Of a stretch of 64,000 nt of DNA, positions 58,015-64,000 are shown one piece after another (the stretch's first letter is position 1; the number at the start of each line of letters is the position of its first letter). The position numbers were made by a program, and so were the translations under genes. Origin of the DNA: Bacteroidota bacterium (GTDB lineage Bacteria > Bacteroidota > Ignavibacteria > UBA10030 > UBA8401); contig JAGVPT010000185.1 of assembly GCA_020052095.1 (NCBI GenBank), positions 4,769 through 68,768 on the forward strand. The letters are read 5' to 3'. The notes beneath the pieces are model-generated. The model saw only the letters and a list, made by a program, of their open reading frames with translations, made no database searches and had not been told where the DNA came from.

Positions 58015-58089
58015 AAAAAAAAGTCCCGCTTGAGGCGGGACTTTACATTGCGGCGCATATAATATACCCAACGCTAGGCTTAGAAGCAA
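58015..58089 (-). promoter_or_regulatory. Leader of rimP-nusA-infB: candidate promoter followed by terminator-like hairpin plus U-run (possible attenuator); also terminates the upstream gene
   Basis: On the minus strand: TTGCTT (58089-58084), 17 nt, TATATT (58066-58061). Then hairpin AGTCCCGC-ttgag-GCGGGACT (58042-58022) followed by TTTTTTTT (58022-58015), 17 nt before the rimP ATG. Confidence 0.35.
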
Positions 58090-58113
58090 GAGAAATGTTC
58101 ATGAAATCGAGCG

Positions 58114-61100
58114 CTAGAAAAAGGCACGCACTTCCGCCCTGGCGGTATGAATCGGTGCGCGAAATTGTTCGGACCGCCCCATGTATTGCAGCGATGATTG
58201 AAGATTGCCGCTGAGGCGATAGTCAAACGTAACGCCCCAGAGGAAAGTTTTCCCGTCTCCTCTTCCGCCAGTGAGCTCAAACGGGATCAACAAACCCGCC
58301 GGCGCGTTTTCCAGTAGAATTTCCTCGCGAGAAAAATCTATGCGCACCTGACCTGCATTCCGGAACGAGACGGCCGTCCGGAGCGATTGGCTGTTGAAGT
58401 TCGCTGCTACCAGAGCGGACGGGTAGGCATCTTCAGACCTTGACACTTCGATTTTGAATCCGACTTCCACGTTTTGCTCGGGGCGGTACGAATAATCGGA
58501 ACTTAGACCATCGGACGCGATCATCCTTGAACGGGCGCTGTTCACCGATGCCCTAACGTTGTCTTGCTTGTTGATGTACTCAAGTTGGTTAGAAATCTCG
58601 GTGACCAATTGCAATCGGACTCGAATCGATCGCTCGCGAGAGTAGCTTTGCTCCAGCCCGGAGCTGTATTGTCCCAATCCTCTTCGTTGTTGATAACGGA
58701 AGCGAAATGAAAAATCGGACCTATTCTCAAAGAGAAAAATATCTTGCTGGAGAAGCTGGCTGCCGAGAATAGTTGTCGCCGGCTGAAGAAATCTGCTGAA
58801 ATCCAAAAGGTAGATTTTCCTTGTGTCAGTCTCTGAACTTTTCTCTTCGATACGGACATAACTTTCAGTTGAAACGACGGCGAGCGCTTTCTCCGACCAC
58901 GAGGATGGAGAATTAATAAATCGGGTTGGCGTGAATCGGAGCCGGATTGACGTCTTCAAGTCGATAACGGGATACAGCTCGTCACTGGGTATTGTGATGA
59001 CAATATAGTCGCCGTCAAACCTGCTGAGACGGAAATCTCTTTCATCAGCAACGTCGACCCTGCCGTTGCGAATGCCGTCTGTCCAGACGTATTGTCCGTC
59101 TCCCTTCCGGACTTGGTAGAATATTCTTTCGAGCTTGGCAGAGCGTTGGGTTGAAACCTCATAGAAGACGTCGGCGTCGATACTTCGCCGGAGGGGCGCG
59201 TAGCGCGATTGAGATCGAAGCAAAATCGTCTGAACGTCGCCGTTTGTGAGTCGAAACGTACCATTGTACATTTTTTCCCGAAGAATAACGTTTGCCCCGG
59301 ATGAAAAATTCGCGATCTCAGGGAGCGACCAATTATACGCTTGCGTCAAGGAGCGAGATTGCGGATGAAGTCTCCCCTCGATGGGCGCTCTGTCGTCTCG
59401 CATCTCAAATTCGGCGGAGACATTCATACTATAAATCCCCGTTGCAGAGACTTTCGGTGCGACGGTCGTAAAGCCGAAACTCGCAGGGTTCAACGAATCG
59501 GTTGCTCCAGTTTCAAGCGTTCTTTTTTCAGTTTCAAAACGAAAGCTCGGCGTGATTGTGCTTAGGGTGTAGGAAATCGTACCTCTTTGCCGTAGCCAGA
59601 CATTCTTCCCGACAGATGCCTTTTGCGAGCTGGTGATCTGCTCAATAGTGTAGTCGCCATTGGGGAGTGAATCGGCATTCATTTGAATGAATGCGTCTAT
59701 TCTGTCTGCAGAGAATTGATTTCCCCGTCTATTACTCCCAAGCGAGCCCCCGATGGAAACAGTCTGCAGTGGATTGTACGCCATGCGAGCTTCACGAATC
59801 TCTTCCGATGCGGGCTGCACGGTCACCGTGCTGTCCAAACTCCACTTCCTCCCGAACTCCACGTCGTCGGAGCGGTCAATGGAAATAAAATTCTTGTTCA
59901 CATATCTGTCGGACAGCGAAAAATCGAATGAACCGATGTCGTTCCCGCCTATTTTCACGTTTGCAGGAGTATAATGGGCCAATAATTTCATTGCCCCGCC
60001 AGTTTTATCGTCGCCGACTGAAAACCTATTTGCATTGTAACTGCTCCCGGCATATTCGCCTGCTATCGAAAAATTCTTCATAACTTGGATAGTTGTCTTC
60101 ACATCCGCTAGCTGCTGAAGTTGCGGGGAGGGCAAGATCACAATCGGTAAATATTGTCCATTGTGAGATCCCACGTAACGGTAGCGCCCCAAAGACTCTC
60201 GAATATAGTCACCCTGCCCTCCTCCGACAAAAGAGAACGCGACGTTAAACTGCGCTTCGGGTGTTCCAGGTGAGAATCTGTACAACCTGACATTCGCTCC
60301 TTGCAGTGCGGTATCTACAGCAATATACTGCCCTTTTCCGAGGTTCGAAGAATCGACACCAACCGAGTCTACCCCAGATTTTGTCGCCGTAGTGCTCCCA
60401 CTTTGTTGTAAAATTTTCTTGTCACTGTCGCTCAAAGATAGATCAATTGGAGCGTTGGGATCGTCTCCCTCCCTCGCGTAGACGATGGAAAGTTTCACGT
60501 CGTCGTGAATCGTCTGAGACATAGTTTGCGCAGCGAAGAAGTTTCTCGTGTAGGCGCGGTCTGTGTATTGAAAGTCCACCACAATGCGTGAAGCACTCGT
60601 AATTAACCTCTTGGAGGAAAAGACTATTTCAGAGCTGGCATAATCAATCGCGTAATCGTTAGTTTCGCCCCTTAACATTAAGTTGCCATCGACGTAAACT
60701 TTCTCTGTTCCGGCGATGACTATGATATTGCGCTCATTGTTCTTTCCGAACAAGCGATAGGGCCCTTGCACTCCTTCAATCCCTGCAAATTGATTTATAT
60801 TGAACTTTCCCCTCGAGGTCGCACCGATCACCGTCCCTGAGTTGGAAATGGCCCCTGTCGAATAATATGCGGTCCCCTTTGCTCCTTGTAGCTTTCGACT
60901 CAAGCGCCCAAAGTCACTCCCCACAAGATCGATGTAGAAATCTCCTAGGGTCGCTTCGTAATTAGTGCTTTTTACTTCCACAAACACTTTGTCCAGTTCT
61001 TGTAGGGTCTGTGTGTTTCCCTCCGGCTGTATGGGCGTATTCTCATCTGTGAGAGCGGCAAGAATCTCAACGTCGGAAGAGAGTTTTCCTGCAAATTGAA

Positions 61101-61638
61101 GTCGAAAACCAGAATTGAGAGTCAAATCTCTGTTGGAGCCGACACTGAATCCTCTAAAAATGCTGCCACTTTTTTGAAGTTCATTTCCGAAGATATCACT
61201 GAGCGGAGACACATTCGTTGTCACGATTGTGGCGCGATGATTAATGCTGTCTCGACGGACAGTATAGTTTTTATGCCAATAAGGAGATTGAAATGAAAAC
61301 GGTAAGAAATTGTATTGTAGGTAGATATTGACTTCTCTGTCTTTAAAATCTATGTCTCTTTTCAGATTTATGGTAACCCTCCCAGTGGAATTTTCGATGA
61401 CATAGTCCACCCCTCGATTGAGCTTTAAGGAGTCGAGATGCAGAGATTCCGAATTTGGAATTATGAGATCGTGGGAGAGCTGGATCGAAGTATCGGGTCT
61501 AGAGATGCGGAAATGGTCGAATGTTTGGGTGATTTGCTGGAGAGGTTGAGCGTAAGCTGCTCCCAAGCGGAAGGCAAAGATGAGAGCTAGTAAGAATAGG
61601 GTAGTACGTATGTCGGAAGTCGGTCTCAAGGAAGACAA
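58114..61638 (-). CDS. Large (1174 aa) secreted, beta-rich, outer-membrane-like protein of unknown function
   Basis: N-terminal signal peptide (LFLLALIFAFRLGAAYAQ). Pervasive alternating-residue beta-strand patterns, many Tyr/Gly/Ser/Asn, and a C-terminus ...AEVRAFF with terminal aromatic residues, typical of OM beta-barrels. Confidence 0.6.
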   Translation of the reverse strand: MSSLRPTSDIRTTLFLLALIFAFRLGAAYAQPLQQITQTFDHFRISRPDTSIQLSHDLIIPNSESLHLDSLKLNRGVDYVIENSTGRVTINLKRDIDFKDREVNIYLQYNFLPFSFQSPYWHKNYTVRRDSINHRATIVTTNVSPLSDIFGNELQKSGSIFRGFSVGSNRDLTLNSGFRLQFAGKLSSDVEILAALTDENTPIQPEGNTQTLQELDKVFVEVKSTNYEATLGDFYIDLVGSDFGRLSRKLQGAKGTAYYSTGAISNSGTVIGATSRGKFNINQFAGIEGVQGPYRLFGKNNERNIIVIAGTEKVYVDGNLMLRGETNDYAIDYASSEIVFSSKRLITSASRIVVDFQYTDRAYTRNFFAAQTMSQTIHDDVKLSIVYAREGDDPNAPIDLSLSDSDKKILQQSGSTTATKSGVDSVGVDSSNLGKGQYIAVDTALQGANVRLYRFSPGTPEAQFNVAFSFVGGGQGDYIRESLGRYRYVGSHNGQYLPIVILPSPQLQQLADVKTTIQVMKNFSIAGEYAGSSYNANRFSVGDDKTGGAMKLLAHYTPANVKIGGNDIGSFDFSLSDRYVNKNFISIDRSDDVEFGRKWSLDSTVTVQPASEEIREARMAYNPLQTVSIGGSLGSNRRGNQFSADRIDAFIQMNADSLPNGDYTIEQITSSQKASVGKNVWLRQRGTISYTLSTITPSFRFETEKRTLETGATDSLNPASFGFTTVAPKVSATGIYSMNVSAEFEMRDDRAPIEGRLHPQSRSLTQAYNWSLPEIANFSSGANVILREKMYNGTFRLTNGDVQTILLRSQSRYAPLRRSIDADVFYEVSTQRSAKLERIFYQVRKGDGQYVWTDGIRNGRVDVADERDFRLSRFDGDYIVITIPSDELYPVIDLKTSIRLRFTPTRFINSPSSWSEKALAVVSTESYVRIEEKSSETDTRKIYLLDFSRFLQPATTILGSQLLQQDIFLFENRSDFSFRFRYQQRRGLGQYSSGLEQSYSRERSIRVRLQLVTEISNQLEYINKQDNVRASVNSARSRMIASDGLSSDYSYRPEQNVEVGFKIEVSRSEDAYPSALVAANFNSQSLRTAVSFRNAGQVRIDFSREEILLENAPAGLLIPFELTGGRGDGKTFLWGVTFDYRLSGNLQSSLQYMGRSEQFRAPIHTARAEVRAFF

Positions 61639-61751
61639 TACTAAATAGTCAAACCTACATCGTAAAAACGGGACGCCCGACCTCCAAAAAAATGCAGAAA
61701 GAGTTGTTTTGAAAAAAAGTCATCTGGCAGCATGCTTGATGACTTTTACAG

Positions 61752-61837
61752 TACCAAAGGTCGGACTCGAACCGACACCTGGGGTAAGCCAGACTGGATT
61801 TTGAGTCCAGCGCGTCTACCAATTCCGCCACTTTGGC
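61752..61837 (-). tRNA. tRNA-Leu (anticodon CAA), type II with long variable arm
   Basis: Hand-folded. Acceptor gccaaag/ctttggt (one G-U), anticodon stem ctgga/tccag with loop ctCAAaa, long variable arm, T arm gtcgg-ttcgagt-ccgac. 86 nt. Confidence 0.85.
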
Positions 61838-61950
61838 TTATTCGTATCATAATATAAGCAACTTAGTCTGGCAAGGCAAGAGTTTTTCGGGTGATAGTAA
61901 GCTTTTCGACGTAGCTTCCATTCTCGGCGTAGGAACGATGTCACGAACAA

Positions 61951-61981
61951 GCTATCCGATTGCTGAGAGCAATCGGATAGC
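61951..61981. repeat. 31-bp perfect palindromic repeat (copy 4): GCTATCCGATTGCT-gag-AGCAATCGGATAGC
   Basis: Identical arms to copies 1 and 2; lies between tRNA-Leu and the TonB-like gene. Confidence 0.8.
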
Positions 61982-62080
61982 TCCTAACCGTACCGGCACC
62001 TTCTTTCGTGTTCATGGTGATTGGTCTAAGCTGCAAGGTCAAACAGCATTACCATGAAACAATGAAATTTTTTCTAGTAA

Positions 62081-62812
62081 TCACCTTTGAATTTTGTACT
62101 CAAATGTGACCGATGCCCAAACGCCGATTGGTGTTCCTTTGACTGTCGCCGGCGAGAATTCCCAATTCATCACCGAAGCTACTGAGCTTTCCACGAAGAT
62201 AGGATCAGAGCTTTGAACAACTTGATGTTTTTTGGGTAATCCATCCTTATCAATCCACAATCTCAAAATCACCGCACCTTCCAGACGTCTTGACGCTGCT
62301 CCGGGAGGATATTCAGTGTTTGCCCGAACCAACGGAACCGGCTTTTGATCAACAAGCGCGCTCTGGGCCGCGGCGGTGTCCTTCCTATCAACTGCTCCGA
62401 CGTAAATTGAATCGCGCTCTACTGCAAGGGCAGCAACTGAGTCTCTCTTGGTGGAGACGCCGAAGTTCTTTGGTAATTTTATTGTCGGGACATTCCCTGC
62501 GGTGCGACGCTGTTCGGCCCTCGGTTTTCGCTGCCAAATTGTTATCTTCGTGGGGCCAAAGTCTTTTGTGACTTCAAGGAGCGAATCTACATCAATAGTT
62601 ATGATCTGAGCAATTTTATGCTTAGTTACTTCTAAATAAAGAGTTGTGCCTTCGAATTTAAGAATCTTTCCCCTAAATGGTTTTCCCCTGATGGGCACAA
62701 TCTCATCGGGATAATTTGGCCTCTCCTCTCTCAGTTGGGCTGTCGCTCCAACAGAGAGAAGAAGAAAGACGATACCGTGAGCCATGACGAGATTCCAAGA
62801 TCCGATGTTCAT
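62081..62812 (-). CDS. TonB-family energy-transducer-like protein (N-terminal TM anchor, C-terminal TonB domain)
   Basis: TM anchor WNLVMAHGIVFLLLSV; C-terminal region with TonB_C-like PxYP..A....EG.V.L...ID..G motifs (TEYPPGAASRRLEGAVILRLWIDKDG). ATG at 62812 overlaps the upstream stop (ATGA). Confidence 0.55.
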   Translation of the reverse strand: MNIGSWNLVMAHGIVFLLLSVGATAQLREERPNYPDEIVPIRGKPFRGKILKFEGTTLYLEVTKHKIAQIITIDVDSLLEVTKDFGPTKITIWQRKPRAEQRRTAGNVPTIKLPKNFGVSTKRDSVAALAVERDSIYVGAVDRKDTAAAQSALVDQKPVPLVRANTEYPPGAASRRLEGAVILRLWIDKDGLPKKHQVVQSSDPIFVESSVASVMNWEFSPATVKGTPIGVWASVTFEYKIQR

Positions 62813-63885
62813 TTTTTTGAGGGCCTTTCGTATAAGAATGCGCAATCCAGCAAACGACTTCCTCCGCCATCGTTCACTACGTACTTCCCATTGCTCCATA
62901 TGGAGGCGCTCCCATGTTCTCCTTTGCGGCTGATCGCGTAAAATTTCACATCAAAATTCGGACGTCCGGAACCATCGAGCAGCCTTTTTTCCTTCGTGTG
63001 CTCCACTATTCTCCTACACGCCAAGAGGCACGCCTCTTCGGGAGACTTACCCTGTCTCATGTATTCGACTATCATGACGCTGCTGCAGTTCGCAAGGTTT
63101 GCTTCGCCGCGTCCGGTGGAACCGGCGGCACCTACAGCATTGTCCACATAGAGGCCGGCACCGATAATGGGTGAGTCCCCCACACGTCCGGGTATCTTGT
63201 AAGCCAAGCCGCTCGTGGTAGTAACGCCTGAAATATTTCCCTGTAAGTCCAATCCCAGACAATTAATAGTTCCATATGTCTGAAGAGCTTTCTTGATCCT
63301 TTCTCCGATATTCAGGTCATCGATTGAATGTGGCGGAAGATAATCATCTTCTTTGCTCAGACTCTCTTTCCATTTCACCCACTCCTCCCTTGATTCATCG
63401 GTAAGGAGATTCTCTTCAACAAACCCATGCATCTTTGCGAACCGCAGGGCGCCTTCCCCCACCAAAAGAACATGGTCGGTTCGCTCCATTACGGCCCTTG
63501 CGACTTTAGATGGGTTTTTGATATTCCGCAAAGCTGCTACTGCTCCCGCTCTGTGCGACGGACCGTGCATCACGGAAGCGTCGAGTTCAACATCGCCATC
63601 AGCGTTTGGCAATCCGCCAAGCCCAACGCTCATATCGTTAGGATCGTCTTCGACAATATTGACGCCGGCTATGACGGCATCCAAAGCATCTTTCCCGTCC
63701 CGCATCAATTGCATCGCTTTCTCGGTTGCCCGAATTCCGTTTGCACTTGAGATAGCCAAGGCTTTAGAGGTCTTTTCAGTTTGAGAACTCGCATATGACA
63801 TCCCCTCTCGCGGAAAGAGCACAGAGCCGACTCCGGCCAGGGTTGCGGCTTTCAGGAAATGGCGGCGTGACAGTGTAAGGTTCAT
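62809..63885 (-). CDS. Ntn-hydrolase asparaginase-family protein (isoaspartyl peptidase / glycosylasparaginase-like) with Tat signal
   Basis: Twin-arginine signal SRRHFLKAATLAGVGS. Asparaginase_2 family segments (DAVIAGVNIVEDDP, GTINCLGLD, GAGLYVDNAVGAAGSTGRGE). Confidence 0.7.
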   Translation of the reverse strand: MNLTLSRRHFLKAATLAGVGSVLFPREGMSYASSQTEKTSKALAISSANGIRATEKAMQLMRDGKDALDAVIAGVNIVEDDPNDMSVGLGGLPNADGDVELDASVMHGPSHRAGAVAALRNIKNPSKVARAVMERTDHVLLVGEGALRFAKMHGFVEENLLTDESREEWVKWKESLSKEDDYLPPHSIDDLNIGERIKKALQTYGTINCLGLDLQGNISGVTTTSGLAYKIPGRVGDSPIIGAGLYVDNAVGAAGSTGRGEANLANCSSVMIVEYMRQGKSPEEACLLACRRIVEHTKEKRLLDGSGRPNFDVKFYAISRKGEHGSASIWSNGKYVVNDGGGSRLLDCAFLYERPSKK

Positions 63886-64000
63886 AATATTTTTCTCCGC
63901 TGTTGATGGATAACCTTCAAGCGTCGGCTGAGGGGAGTCCGACTGCTACTTATTTAATGAGAACCATCCTTTTGATGTCGATGAAACTTCCCGCTGTCAG

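Overview
This 64-kb window is gene-dense and bacterial, with about 48% GC and canonical sigma70-like promoters (TTGACA-N16/17-TATATT). By gene content and the tmRNA tag it most resembles an FCB-group (Ignavibacteria/Chlorobi-like) genome; this is a low-confidence guess.

In order along the window:
- 1-3251: a C-terminally truncated M28 Zn-aminopeptidase, an SDR oxidoreductase and a TolB-like beta-propeller protein.
- 3.6-19.4 kb: a contiguous aerobic respiratory island on the + strand. It runs 2[4Fe-4S] ferredoxin, Rieske, split cytochrome b (b6-like plus subunit-IV-like), an octaheme cytochrome c, a cupredoxin, then aa3-type oxidase subunits I, III, IV, two small membrane ORFs and subunit II. 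Subunit II carries a CuA site but no fused heme-c domain. Heme A synthase, heme O synthase, an ABC-2 exporter pair, a SCO1/SenC copper chaperone and a DUF420 (CtaM-like) protein follow.
- 19.5-24.1 kb: a nucleoside-salvage operon (PNP, NupC, thymidine kinase) and a metallophosphoesterase.
- 24.5-24.9 kb: secG, tRNA-Lys(CTT) and an intrinsic terminator.
- 25.2-30.6 kb: the most unusual feature. A five-gene operon (secreted beta-rich protein, TPR protein, MotA, MotB, and a membrane-tethered full-length FliG-like protein) closed by a strong terminator, with no other flagellar genes nearby.
- 30.6-36 kb: a GcvT-like folate-binding protein, a GAF/fRMsr protein, a LOG-family protein, a SirB1-like protein, tmRNA (ssrA), dapF and a YegS-like lipid kinase.
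- 36.1-47.5 kb, mostly on the - strand: purL, a BCCP-like protein, accC, mutS2, cvpA, a YqeY-like protein, an SDR, bshC (+) and an orphan MalK-like ATPase.
- 47.5-58 kb, - strand: aroA, pnp, rpsO, ribF, truB, rbfA, infB, nusA and rimP, preceded by a leader hairpin.
- 58.1-64 kb, - strand: a 1174-aa outer-membrane-like protein, tRNA-Leu(CAA), a TonB-like protein and a Tat-signal asparaginase-family protein.

Two dispersed intergenic repeat families are present: a perfect 31-bp palindrome in four copies, and a GC-rich composite element at three loci. All calls rest on reading the translations and motifs by eye; no database searches were run.
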